Source: a virus
IMG/VR virus record: IMGVR_UViG_3300002988_000032
Location: 12,793 to 76,792 of that record
DNA length: 64,000 bases
Reading direction: 5' to 3' (one strand)
Below are positions 35,608-44,904 of this stretch, one piece after another; position 1 is the stretch's first letter; the number at the start of each line of letters is the position of its first letter. The notes under the pieces were generated by a model. That model was not told the DNA's origin and ran no database searches. It saw only the letters and a list, made by a program, of their open reading frames with translations. The translations under genes and the position numbers were made by a program.

Positions 35608-36002
35608 ATCGTCACCCTTCCCCTCATCGGAATGTTCCAGGACGTCAACGCCCCCAGGATCTCGGGAAGCGAACGGGCGACGGCGACCAGAACCCCGGCC
35701 GCGGCGAACGCCGCGTGAGCCGCCTTTTGTTCGGGAGATGTCCGCCCGGTCGCCGATTTCAGTTCCACGCCGAAACACCGCTCGGCGTGGAGAAACAGGA
35801 GGTCGGGGACGCCCGCGCGAACGCCCATCGCCGACAGCCGCGCCGCCTCCGCCTTTCGACGAAAGCCTCCGTTGGGGACGTGAAAAAACACGACCTCGGG
35901 GGCCAAGATCAGGCCCAGCGCCGTCACGGCCGCGATTTGAAGGGCGTCTTCGGTCCGGGCGCGCTTTCGCGCCGCATGGGGGATATCGGACAGCCGCGTC
36001 AT
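35604..36002 (-). CDS. VRR-NUC nuclease
   Basis: FHVPNGG, GVRAGVPDL, VELKS...SPEQK. Confidence 0.88.
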   Translation of the reverse strand: MTRLSDIPHAARKRARTEDALQIAAVTALGLILAPEVVFFHVPNGGFRRKAEAARLSAMGVRAGVPDLLFLHAERCFGVELKSATGRTSPEQKAAHAAFAAAGVLVAVARSLPEILGALTSWNIPMRGRVTI

Positions 36003-36556
36003 GGCGAGGGCAAATAGAAGAGAGTTTCGTAGTTCGCGCGCAATTCGCTGATATGCTCGGGCATATTCTTTAGATCATCCCCAAATTCCTGAATAAGGCT
36101 GAGGTTGCGGCGCCGCAACCTCAACGCATCGGTCTCGCTCAGGCGCCACGCCGGTTTGGCGACGCGGCGCGGGTTGGGGGTGGTCGTCTCGGGCGGGGGG
36201 TCGTCGGACGGGGCGACATCGGCATGTTTGCGCGCGCCTCCCACGCCGTCGCGCGCGCCCAGCACGCTCCACTCCGTCCAACGGTTTCCAACCGCCGCGC
36301 GCCGAAAACCGCCCGACCGTTCGATCCGCACAAGACCGCGGGCGACGAGTTTGACAAGCGTATCTCTGACCGCCGTTTCGGAAATTCCCAACGCGTCGAC
36401 GAGCGCCGGATTGGTCGGACACGGCGTCCGTTCGCAAACGGCGGCGGTCAACAGGGCGAGGACCGCCGACGCCTTCGCCCGCGCGCTTGGTCGGAGACCG
36501 GACAACGCCGCCGCGATCTCGGCGGCGGGGGGAGAATCCTGGTCGATGGGCTTCAC
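35999..36556 (-). CDS. Winged-HTH protein (185 aa)
   Basis: CPTNPALVDALGISETAVRDTLVKLVARG. Confidence 0.6.
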   Translation of the reverse strand: MKPIDQDSPPAAEIAAALSGLRPSARAKASAVLALLTAAVCERTPCPTNPALVDALGISETAVRDTLVKLVARGLVRIERSGGFRRAAVGNRWTEWSVLGARDGVGGARKHADVAPSDDPPPETTTPNPRRVAKPAWRLSETDALRLRRRNLSLIQEFGDDLKNMPEHISELRANYETLFYLPSP

Positions 36557-37998
36557 GACGCCTCCCTCTCCTCCATGATTTCGGACTCGACGGCGGCGAT
36601 CCGTTCGCCGATCCAGCGCATCACCGCGACGTTCATCGCGTTCCCCAACTGTTTGTAGCGTGGCCCGTCGGGCGCCATGCGAACCCGCGCCGGGCGCTTC
36701 ACGCCGACAGCTTGGAGAACGTGATCGACCACTCGGGACATCGCGCGCGGGGGGATGGGAACGAGCGTCCAGTCGTCGGGGAATCCCTGAAGGCGTTCGC
36801 ACTCGAGCGGAGTGAGGCGACGGACGCCCATCCTCAACGAGGGTTCCAGAACGAGTTGCGCGGCGCGGTCGGTTCCCGTCGTGAGCGGCGCCGTCGCCTC
36901 GCCCTCCTCGTACACACCGCCGTCTCCCGCCGTCCGATAGGCGACGTACTGGGCGTGGTGGCGGGCCTCAAGCGTGTAGGCGATATCACGCTGCCAGCCC
37001 TTGCCTCGCGGGCCGGCCTCGATGTTTTCCGATACCGCGCGCTCCTGGATGGCGTAGACGGGAATTATCGGAGTTCCCCGCCCCGTGCCGTCCTCGCTCG
37101 CGTCGAAACCCTCGGCGCGGAGCGTGTGGGCGACGAGCAGACCATCGCGGGCCTCATGATCGCCGTATGGATTCCCGGTCAGCGGCGGTGAGACCGTCGC
37201 GACGAACGTCTCGGTCTCGAAATCACGCCGCCCCGTGCCGCCCGCGTTGAGGGCGGCGACGTCGATCGGGCCGGACGTGTTGTTCCCCCCGAACGCGATC
37301 AAATGTCCGGCTTGGGCTTGGTTGTCGTCCGCGCCACATGTTCCAACGCCGTTCGAAGTAAGGGCGGCAACTGCCGTCCCCGCGCCGCGGCGCGGCGGAG
37401 GATCCCCGCGCAAGCTCTCGCGCTCAAAAAGTACTTGGGCGGCACGTCTCCAGTCTCCAAGATATCCGACAAGGATGACACGACGGCGTCGCTGGGGAAC
37501 TCCGAGGTATTGAGCGTCCAGAATTCGGTAGGCGAACCCATACCCGAGTTCTTGAAGACCGGAGAGGAAACTCGCGAAGTCGCTCGTCTCGACGATTTCC
37601 CCGTCGTGGTCGTTCGCCGGATCACCCGGCGCGTCGGCGGCGGAGAAAGAGGAAAGGACTCCGGGGACGTTTTCCCAAACCAACCAACGGGGCCGAAGAC
37701 GCTCAGCCAAGCGAAGATACTCGAGGGCCAAGTTTCCCCGCGCGTCGGACAATCCGCCGCGCAATCCCGCGACGGAGAAGGGCTGGCAGGGGGTGCCGCC
37801 AACAAGAAGGTCGATTGGCTCGTAATCGCCGGCCTGGATCGTCGTGAAGTCGCCATGGAGAGGCACCCCCGAAAAGCGGTGTTGGAGAACGGCGCGCGCG
37901 CCCGGGTCGATTTCCGAGAGGAACGCCGGGCGCCAGCCCAGCGGTTTCCACGCGACCGACGCCGCCTCGATCCCGCTGCACACCGATCCGTAAATCAT
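36553..37998 (-). CDS. DNA cytosine-5 methyltransferase
   Basis: SVCSGIEAAS, GGTPCQ, WENVPG, QRRRRV, RRLTPLECERLQGFPD, QLGNA. Confidence 0.93.
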   Translation of the reverse strand: MIYGSVCSGIEAASVAWKPLGWRPAFLSEIDPGARAVLQHRFSGVPLHGDFTTIQAGDYEPIDLLVGGTPCQPFSVAGLRGGLSDARGNLALEYLRLAERLRPRWLVWENVPGVLSSFSAADAPGDPANDHDGEIVETSDFASFLSGLQELGYGFAYRILDAQYLGVPQRRRRVILVGYLGDWRRAAQVLFERESLRGDPPPRRGAGTAVAALTSNGVGTCGADDNQAQAGHLIAFGGNNTSGPIDVAALNAGGTGRRDFETETFVATVSPPLTGNPYGDHEARDGLLVAHTLRAEGFDASEDGTGRGTPIIPVYAIQERAVSENIEAGPRGKGWQRDIAYTLEARHHAQYVAYRTAGDGGVYEEGEATAPLTTGTDRAAQLVLEPSLRMGVRRLTPLECERLQGFPDDWTLVPIPPRAMSRVVDHVLQAVGVKRPARVRMAPDGPRYKQLGNAMNVAVMRWIGERIAAVESEIMEEREAS

Positions 37999-38216
37999 GC
38001 CGCGCCCCCCGGCGCCGAGGCGAACGCGGAGTCGGCGGCGGCGCGATGCCGATTGGAAACCCCCGGCCCCCGGGGGTCGTAGGACCACCAGGCGACGAGC
38101 GGTCCGTCGCCCAGCGCGGTGAACCCGTCGGCGCCGACGGTGACGCGCCGGGCCGCGCGGCCGACCCTCTCCCCGAGAACCGCGACGGGATCGCTCAACA
38201 CGACGTCGGGCATCAC
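37995..38216 (-). CDS. Hypothetical protein (73 aa)
   Basis: Overlaps neighbours in the operon. Confidence 0.45.
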   Translation of the reverse strand: MMPDVVLSDPVAVLGERVGRAARRVTVGADGFTALGDGPLVAWWSYDPRGPGVSNRHRAAADSAFASAPGGAA

Positions 38217-38746
38217 GCGGCCCTCCGTCCGAAAGCGAAGCGGCGCGGAAGACGAACGATCAAGAAACGCCGAGCGTCGACGAGGGGGGGGGCCGCGTCG
38301 CGGGCGGCGCGACGCCGCTCCCGCTCGGCGCGAACCCGGCGCGCGATCTCGCCGAAGAACGAGCGAAGCGGCGGACGCGCGGCGGAGGGATCCATCGCCT
38401 CCAGCTCGGCCAGCGCTCGGGCGTGTTCATGTCGGCGATGCGCGGCGTCGGCGAGATCGAGGACGCGACGCAGCCAACGCCGAAACGGTCGGCTCCGCAG
38501 CGCGATCAACACCGCCGACACCGCGTCGGGCAGATGCTTGCCGGAAATCCAGTCGCTCGCCGTCCGCTCCCCCGCCTCGGCGGCGGCGGTCAGTTCCTTG
38601 CGACCGCCGTAGCGACCGCCCCAAAAGGCGTGAATGGCGCGCGACAGCGCGCGGGAGACGACGTCCCGCGCCCGACCGCGCGACTTCTCGCTTGGTTTCG
38701 GCGGAGTTCCGCCCGGTTCGCCGATGGCCGCCGGCAGTTCGCTCAT
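38213..38746 (-). CDS. HTH protein in CII-equivalent position
   Basis: RKELTAAAEAGERTASDWISGKHLP; downstream of cro. Confidence 0.55.
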   Translation of the reverse strand: MSELPAAIGEPGGTPPKPSEKSRGRARDVVSRALSRAIHAFWGGRYGGRKELTAAAEAGERTASDWISGKHLPDAVSAVLIALRSRPFRRWLRRVLDLADAAHRRHEHARALAELEAMDPSAARPPLRSFFGEIARRVRAERERRRAARDAAPPLVDARRFLIVRLPRRFAFGRRAA

Positions 38747-38815
38747 GGCAAAATCTTCCCGTGATCAAGGGGCGCCCGAGAGAACGGGGCGCCGGGCGCG
38801 AAGGGGGAAAACGAG

Positions 38816-39076
38816 ATGACGGAGGCGCCGAAGCGCGTGATCGGTCGACCACGAACCGGGCGATTGGTCGGCCCGGGGCACCGCGTGATTTGGGAAATCC
38901 TCGTCCCCGCCGGGGAGGAGTGCGCGATGCCGTGTCCCGTCTGTCGACGAAAACGCGGGGAACCGAGAGCGCGGCGAGAGGACGGCGCGGTGTTCGCGCG
39001 GTGTTCGGAGTGCGGCGCGAAATGGATCGCGCCCCCGCGGCGGAACCGGCGCCGACCTTCCGCCGAACCGGCATGA
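38816..39076 (+). CDS. Possible Zn-ribbon protein on the opposite strand
   Basis: CPVC...CSECGAKW. Confidence 0.35.
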   Translation: MTEAPKRVIGRPRTGRLVGPGHRVIWEILVPAGEECAMPCPVCRRKRGEPRARREDGAVFARCSECGAKWIAPPRRNRRRPSAEPA

Positions 39077-39145
39077 CCGTTGTCGAGGTCGAAATGGCGT
39101 CGGACGTCACCAGTTATCTTTCGAAACTGAAACATGTGATGTCCT

Positions 39146-39340
39146 TCAGCGTCGAAAATCGCGGGGAACAACGGACTCCATGGCGCGGATCGTGTCGCGA
39201 GTGGGGTTTCCCCTGCCGCTCAAAAGATCTCGCGCCGTGCTCGCCGGAATTTTCGCCTCCGCCGCGAACTGCGCCGGCGACTTACCGGTTTCGACGGCGA
39301 AGGCCTGAATGCGATGAATGGATTTGTCGATGTCGAGCAT
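39146..39340 (-). CDS. Cro-like HTH regulator (64 aa)
   Basis: SPAQFAAEAKIPASTARDLLSGRGNPT; divergent from the cI-like gene. Confidence 0.7.
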   Translation of the reverse strand: MLDIDKSIHRIQAFAVETGKSPAQFAAEAKIPASTARDLLSGRGNPTRDTIRAMESVVPRDFRR

Positions 39341-39354
39341 GGGCGCGATGGTGC

Positions 39355-39368
39355 CACGGTATATCGTG
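39355..39368. promoter_or_regulatory. Operator CACGGTATATCGTG inside the cro promoter spacer
   Basis: 13/14 match to the palindrome at 42358; minus-strand TTGAAA-N17-CACCAT. Confidence 0.6.
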
Positions 39369-39438
39369 AATTTCAAGGGAGAATCTCCCCGATCACCACC
39401 GGTACGTTTGCGTCGCGAAGGATGGAGGGATCCGCATA

Positions 39439-39759
39439 ATGGGTGACATGAAGCCGCCCACCGCCCTTTCCATCGCCATGAAGCGTTTCATGGCGAATCA
39501 CGGCGAAATCAAGAACCCCAGCCACTGGGCGAAGGGGGCGGGTTTGTCACGTCAAACCGTCGCCGACGCCCTCGCGGGGGGCAACACCACGATCCAAGTC
39601 ATTGAGGATATCGCGAAGGGCGCCGGGTTGGCCGTCGCCGATCTATTGGCCTACGCCGAAGACGACTGGGAGGAGCGCGCCATTGCGCGCTCAATCACAA
39701 AGAACATGACTCCCGACGAGATCAGGGCGTTGTCGTTGATTTTGACTGGGCGCCGCTAA
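39439..39759 (+). CDS. cI-like repressor (HTH, no S24 domain)
   Basis: PSHWAKGAGLSRQTVADALAGGNTT; start may be ATG 39448. Confidence 0.7.
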   Translation: MGDMKPPTALSIAMKRFMANHGEIKNPSHWAKGAGLSRQTVADALAGGNTTIQVIEDIAKGAGLAVADLLAYAEDDWEERAIARSITKNMTPDEIRALSLILTGRR

Positions 39760-40425
39760 TTCGCCATTCATATGACGGCGTAGACTTAGCCACCGCGCGA
39801 TAATTTTACCGCCCCTCTCCGCGCCTTTTTCTTTCAGAAATATCGCCAGTAGCCGTTCAACATCATCATCAACTGCCGACACGTTCGCCTCCGGTCAAGA
39901 ACTGATCATGAACGACGTTGAGATCGAGCGAAGATCCACCGACCGCCGTCGCATGATTGAAGGTTGGGAGCGCCGGCGAGGGGGATCCGTTCGCCGGGAA
40001 GGGGGCCGGACCGGCGGGTGGATTCCCGCCGTCCGGTCATGGGCGCCGATCTCGCGGAGACGACGCCGGCCCGATCAATCCCGCGGTCGGCGTGTGGGCC
40101 GGCCTTGAAGCGGCGGGAGAAAAGCGCGTGATCCGCGCCCGAACGGCGAAAAAGATAACGAGTTCACCCGTCCACGTCCACTCGGAATACGATGGTGCGC
40201 GCTCACGTTCCCGATGCCGTCGGGGTCGAGCGGACACGTGGATGAAGCGCGGATGACCGCAGACATTTCTCGCGTATTCGCGCGATCGCGACGAAATCCA
40301 ACCGCCGGCCAACCCGCGAATCGCGGACATCGACATTCCGTCGATCAACGCGCGCGAGTGAAACCGGAGATTTTCGCTTGAGTATGCCGATTGTGCTACC
40401 CGCCGAGGGGCTGTATTAACCATTG

Positions 40426-40705
40426 CCATGGTGAAACACTGTTCCGTGAGTTACACATTACTGTTCGACCGCGCGGTTGAGCGCGGCGGTCGGCAGCGTT
40501 TAGGGTGAGCGGAGGCCACCGTTCACCCAAGTCGATGCGAGGGGTAACCCCCGCAGTGTACTCACCGAGTCCCAGTCGGCATGAGCACCCCGCCGCGGTC
40601 CGCGTCGAGATACCATCGAAATAATACGACTATCGGACGATAGGGTCAATGATTTGGTGTGTTACGGATCGGTAACACAACATAGCGGCGTATGCGCCGC
40701 TATGC
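40426..40705 (+). ncRNA. Candidate structured ncRNA
   Basis: TTGTGC-N17-TATTAA promoter-like signal (40391-40419) followed by about seven tandem hairpins ending in a 10-bp perfect stem; no credible ORF. Confidence 0.45.
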
Positions 40706-40746
40706 TTCCACGCCCCTCCCCGAATCGGCGGACGTCGATATCCCCC

Positions 40747-42228
40747 TCATCGGTTGTTGAACAGCGCGAAGATACCACCCCATACCGCCGCCCTCACGGC
40801 GGTGCGAGCCACGTCGCGACCGACCTCTCCGGCGAGCGAGCGACCGCCAGCGGACGGAAGCGTCACGCCGAGGCGGGCGGCGACGCCGGCGAGATCGGCA
40901 TTGGTCTCGTCGATGAGTTTTTGGCGTTCGATCACCGCCGCGCGGGCGAACGCGTCGGCTTGGTCCCGCGGCAACGTCGCGCACATTCTTTCGATTTGGT
41001 CGGGGAAGCGATCGACCACCTCCCGCAGCGCCGGCTGGTCGTTCCGGCAACTCAGCACCGCCCGCCAATGGTCCTCAACGAACGCCCGCACCGCCCGCTC
41101 ATCAAGTCGCGGCGGGGATTCGGGCGGGAGCGGTTCCGGCGCCCCGGACGCGGCGGGCGACGACCAACCGTTTTTCGCGGCGAGCGCGGCGAGCGTCGTC
41201 GTCGCGGTTCGCGCCGTCTCCCCGGCGTCGGTGGAGATCAGCGGCACCGTCACACCGACCGGGCCGATGAACACCAGGGCGTGACGGGTCGGGACTTCCC
41301 GGCGCGCGGGGGCCAGCGTCACCACGCCCAGCGCGTCGATCATCGAGAGAAGGTGATATTCGCCGCCGATCCAGACGGACAAGCCGGGCGTCACCTTCGC
41401 CTCGGCGCGCGCGTCCATGGATACCGCCGCGTCTCCGCCCGCGACCGGACGCATCCCGTTTCGCGCGGCGAGGGCGTCGCGGACGGATTCCGCCGCCCAC
41501 GACACCTCCCTCGCGTCGGTTGAGATCAACGCCGCCTCCACCCCCGCCGGACCGGCGAGCATCAGCGACCACCTGGTCGGGATTTCCGGTCGCGCCGGCG
41601 CCAGTTTGACCACACCCAGCGCGTCGATGTCGGAAAGCGCGCGGGGACGCCCGTCGATCTCGACGGAAAGCGCGCTCGGGCGGGCGCTCGTTTCGGCGGG
41701 GTCGCCGCGCCCGGAATCCGACGTCGGCGCCGTCCAGGACCGGGGGCGCGCCGTCGGCAAGCCCGTGAGATCAAAATCGGGTTCGGGCGGGCGGGCGGGC
41801 GCGGCGATGAGGGGGGCGGCGGTTCGAGCCGTCCCGCCGGCGCATCGTGGGCATCTCGGCTCCGAAGCCGGGTAGATGTTCCAACATTTCGGACACGCGG
41901 TCTCGTCGGCGCGCAGACCCGTCGCCGGGTCGACCATCTCGGCGGGCGAGGACGGGCCGGCGAGACACGCGCGGACCACGTCGCGAATCGCGGCGGCGAC
42001 GCGATCGATTTCCGCCAAGTCGGGGGATTTCAAGGCCACCACATCACCCCCCGGGGTGGACAGCACCAAGGCGTACACCGGAGGCGAGGCGGGATCCCCC
42101 CGCGGAGGACGCAGCGCGACCACGCCCAGCGCCGTGATGTCGGTGATCGGATAACCGACGCCTCCGACGGTGACGTGGGCGGCGGTCTCGGTCGGATCGT
42201 CGCGACCTTGGTCTTCCATTCCTTCCAC
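40747..42228 (-). CDS. Protein with three PH-like (DUF6232-like) repeats and a double Zn ribbon (493 aa)
   Basis: Three copies of (V/I)xGxxYxLxDIxALGVVxLxP; CPKC/CPRC. Confidence 0.7.
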   Translation of the reverse strand: MEGMEDQGRDDPTETAAHVTVGGVGYPITDITALGVVALRPPRGDPASPPVYALVLSTPGGDVVALKSPDLAEIDRVAAAIRDVVRACLAGPSSPAEMVDPATGLRADETACPKCWNIYPASEPRCPRCAGGTARTAAPLIAAPARPPEPDFDLTGLPTARPRSWTAPTSDSGRGDPAETSARPSALSVEIDGRPRALSDIDALGVVKLAPARPEIPTRWSLMLAGPAGVEAALISTDAREVSWAAESVRDALAARNGMRPVAGGDAAVSMDARAEAKVTPGLSVWIGGEYHLLSMIDALGVVTLAPARREVPTRHALVFIGPVGVTVPLISTDAGETARTATTTLAALAAKNGWSSPAASGAPEPLPPESPPRLDERAVRAFVEDHWRAVLSCRNDQPALREVVDRFPDQIERMCATLPRDQADAFARAAVIERQKLIDETNADLAGVAARLGVTLPSAGGRSLAGEVGRDVARTAVRAAVWGGIFALFNNR

Positions 42229-42295
42229 CTATCCGAAGTGTATCGTCAGAATTTTCACAACCACGATAATCTCACCCATTCGACAAGGCGTCATC

Positions 42296-42377
42296 GACGG
42301 TATCCCGTGGAAACTTCAACATCCACGAGATACCGTGATTTTCGCCCTTGACCGAGCCACGGTATACCGTGCATAAT
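42296..42377 (+). promoter_or_regulatory. Early promoter with three operators
   Basis: TTGACC-N18-CATAAT; CACGGTATACCGTG (42358-71, perfect palindrome), 42324-37 and 42296-309 (12/14 each). Confidence 0.7.
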
Positions 42378-42430
42378 CTCCCCATCGCGCAACAACAACG
42401 CCGAGAACGACATCAAGGGAGCATCGGGCC

Positions 42431-42826
42431 ATGACCAAAACCGACGAACACGCCCGGATCGACATCGCGATCGGCGCGCGGATCCGGGAGCGACGCGTCA
42501 GCTTGGGAATGTCTCAGTCCAAGCTGGCCGGGGCGATCGATTTGACCTTTCAGCAGGTCCAGAAGTACGAGCGTGGGGCGAATTCGCTTTCCGTCGCCCG
42601 CCTTCTTCAGATCGCCGAGGCGCTGAACAGCCCAGTCAGTTTCTTCCTGCAAGAGTCTCCGGACGCGGAGACGACGGAAGACGACGACGCTTCCGATCGT
42701 GAGCGCCTCAATCTCATGGCCGACTATCGCCGACTTCCGCCCCAAATGCGCGACGTCGCTCGGCGGAGCGTTCGGACGTTGGTCGAGGCGTGGGAAGTTC
42801 CCCGACCGACCGCCGTCGCCGCCTGA
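42431..42826 (+). CDS. XRE-family HTH regulator (alphaproteobacterial type)
   Basis: IGARIRERRVSLGMSQSKLAGAIDLTFQQVQKYERGANSLS. Confidence 0.9.
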   Translation: MTKTDEHARIDIAIGARIRERRVSLGMSQSKLAGAIDLTFQQVQKYERGANSLSVARLLQIAEALNSPVSFFLQESPDAETTEDDDASDRERLNLMADYRRLPPQMRDVARRSVRTLVEAWEVPRPTAVAA

Positions 42827-42888
42827 CGCCTTTCGCGACGACGCGGGGGAGTCGACGGCGTCCTCCCCGCCCGGCCCCGCGTCGACCT

Positions 42889-42929
42889 TCCCCCGCCGGT
42901 ATCGCTTACTCCGCCGGCGGGGGATTTTT
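42889..42929 (+). terminator. Intrinsic terminator
   Basis: TCCCCCGCCGG/CCGGCGGGGGA 11-bp stem followed by T5. Confidence 0.7.
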
Positions 42930-42947
42930 CAGATGAGGGAATTGAAC

Positions 42948-43796
42948 ATGGCGCACAGCGAGAATATTCCGCCCAGACCGATATGGCAGTCGTACGCGGT
43001 CGTCGGCGCCGCCGCCCCCAAAGTCGCCGCCATCATCGGCGCGTGGTCGGGTGAGCCGTTGGGCGGCGAACGCGCGGTCGAGATCATCATGGGCGCGCTG
43101 GCCACGTCCGATCTGGACGGCTATCGATTGGCCCGGAACCTGGAGGACGGGTTGGGGATCAAACCCGACGCCGATCTCGTCGAGAGTTTGGATGAGGCGT
43201 TCGACATTTTGAGTGACGCGGAGGTCGACGCCGTCGCGGCCTGGGTCGCCGAACACGGGGTCTCTTGCCCCGCCGGGGTCGGAGACACGGTTCGGGCGAA
43301 ATGGGGCGGCGAGACCATCGAGGGCGTGATCGTCGAAATCGACACGCGCCTCGGCCTGTGCATGATCCCGACCGGCGGCCCCGACGAACGAAGAGCGGTC
43401 GTGCGCTTCGAGGACGTCGAGCGCGTCCGGCGTGAGGATCAGCCCGCGTCGAGCGGTGGCGAGGGATGGTGGCTTTGCGAAGTCGACGGCGAGCCGGAGT
43501 TGACCGTCGGGCATCCGGTCGAAACCGGGCAATTCGAGCGCGCGGAGAACATCCGCCCGGCGACGGCTGAGACGCTGAAAGAAGCCCTTTTCGCCGCCCG
43601 GGGACGCTACGCCGATTTGGCGAGCAAGCCGATGTACGCGCCCGGGCTTCGCGACAAGATCGCTCTGTTGAGGTCGATCCTCTCCGACGCGAGGGTTTAC
43701 GTCGAAAGCTGCGCCGAGGATCCCGACAGCCCCGAAAACCTCGCCGCTGGCGTGCTCAGGCGATTGGACGCCGCCCTTTCCGGGGAGGGGACGTGA
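42948..43796 (+). CDS. Hypothetical phage protein (282 aa)
   Basis: DGYRLARNLED...AAWVAEHGV pattern; GAGGGA RBS. Confidence 0.6.
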   Translation: MAHSENIPPRPIWQSYAVVGAAAPKVAAIIGAWSGEPLGGERAVEIIMGALATSDLDGYRLARNLEDGLGIKPDADLVESLDEAFDILSDAEVDAVAAWVAEHGVSCPAGVGDTVRAKWGGETIEGVIVEIDTRLGLCMIPTGGPDERRAVVRFEDVERVRREDQPASSGGEGWWLCEVDGEPELTVGHPVETGQFERAENIRPATAETLKEALFAARGRYADLASKPMYAPGLRDKIALLRSILSDARVYVESCAEDPDSPENLAAGVLRRLDAALSGEGT

Positions 43797-43954
43797 TGGC
43801 GGTCGACCCGGAGGTCATGGCGGCGTTCGGCCTTACGACGGGCCAAGCCGTTTCGGACTTTCTCGTCACCAAGATCATGGAGGCCGAAGTCGCGATGTTG
43901 AAGGCCGAGATCCAAGCCGAGAAGGCGATGAGCGGCCCGACGGAAACAATCTGA
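43796..43954 (+). CDS. Hypothetical protein (52 aa)
   Basis: Read by hand; TGATG overlap; GGGGAGGGG RBS. Confidence 0.45.
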   Translation: MAVDPEVMAAFGLTTGQAVSDFLVTKIMEAEVAMLKAEIQAEKAMSGPTETI

Positions 43955-44420
43955 GTTCCCAAGTTCGGTGCGGGATGAGGGTGTGGAGAAAACCACCCTC
44001 CCCACGAAACGCAGCAAGGGACGGCTACGACCGGCAACCGAAAGGTGGCAGTCGGCAACGTTGCAAAGTCGTTTTGGCGGTCCGACCAGTGCACAGCGCA
44101 CCGCCGGCCCGCACCGATCCCCAGCCGGGAGGGGCAAGTCCCGGCACCTATTCGCCCGAGGGGGAACCCGAATTCAAGGCGATCGGCGGGTCAACTGATC
44201 CCCCTCGGCGGAGGGAGCCTCCCTAACCCCGCCGTTGGAATGAGGATGGTCGCCGCCGGGGGCGACAAGTGTCCGGGCGCCTCAATCGAGGCCGCGCCAA
44301 CCGAGCGGATCGGAGGGCCGTGGAAATCGGCCCGCCCCCAACCGCCTTACCCGGCCTGAAAACCGGGTGGCGGTCGAGGCGTCGAGAGGGGGATGGCCCG
44401 CTCTCAGAATCAACAAGGGG
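43955..44420 (+). ncRNA. Candidate large structured RNA or leader (about 460 nt)
   Basis: At least ten stems, a 10-bp long-range helix and several GNRA loops in an intergenic gap. Confidence 0.45.
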
Positions 44421-44427
44421 ACCAACC

Positions 44428-44802
44428 GTGGACGACATGACCCGCTTTGTTCAAGGCATTATCCAAATGGAGAACGATGACGCCGGCGAGGCGACCAAAT
44501 ATGGCGCCGACGACTTGAGGGCGGCTTTCTCCAAGTTCAGCGAAAAGCACAATTTTGAGCCGGGCGATGTCGTCCAGTGGAAGCCGGGAATGAAGATCAA
44601 GAAGACGGACGGTCCGTTCATCATCACAGAGGTGTTGGCGGAACCCATCCTTGATGACTGCGACGATGCCGGCTCCGTGTACTTCCGCGAACGCCTTGAT
44701 GTGAAGGCGGGCAATATCGTCGGCAACGGGGAATTCGTCGAATTTCACTACGACAGTCGGCGCTTCGAGCGATTCCCCGACGAACCCGTCGCTTCAGCCT
44801 AA
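44428..44802 (+). CDS. Hypothetical phage protein (124 aa)
   Basis: FEPGDVVQWKPG...YFRERLD...FHYDSRRFE; GGGGA RBS. Confidence 0.65.
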   Translation: MDDMTRFVQGIIQMENDDAGEATKYGADDLRAAFSKFSEKHNFEPGDVVQWKPGMKIKKTDGPFIITEVLAEPILDDCDDAGSVYFRERLDVKAGNIVGNGEFVEFHYDSRRFERFPDEPVASA

Positions 44803-44904
44803 TCGCCGCCCCCCCCGCGTTTCGACGCGCTCCGGCCCGCATGGATGACCCCAGCGGGCTTGAGGCGTCGGGAACACCCCCACACGACACGGAGACATCA
44901 CAAC

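Noticed and set aside
39900-40430. ORFs 39908-40108, 39957-40256, 40037-40429, 40075-40266
   Set aside because: No frame has a convincing RBS, composition or motif; left unannotated
40391-40705. Retron msr-msd or DGR template
   Set aside because: No reverse transcriptase anywhere in the window
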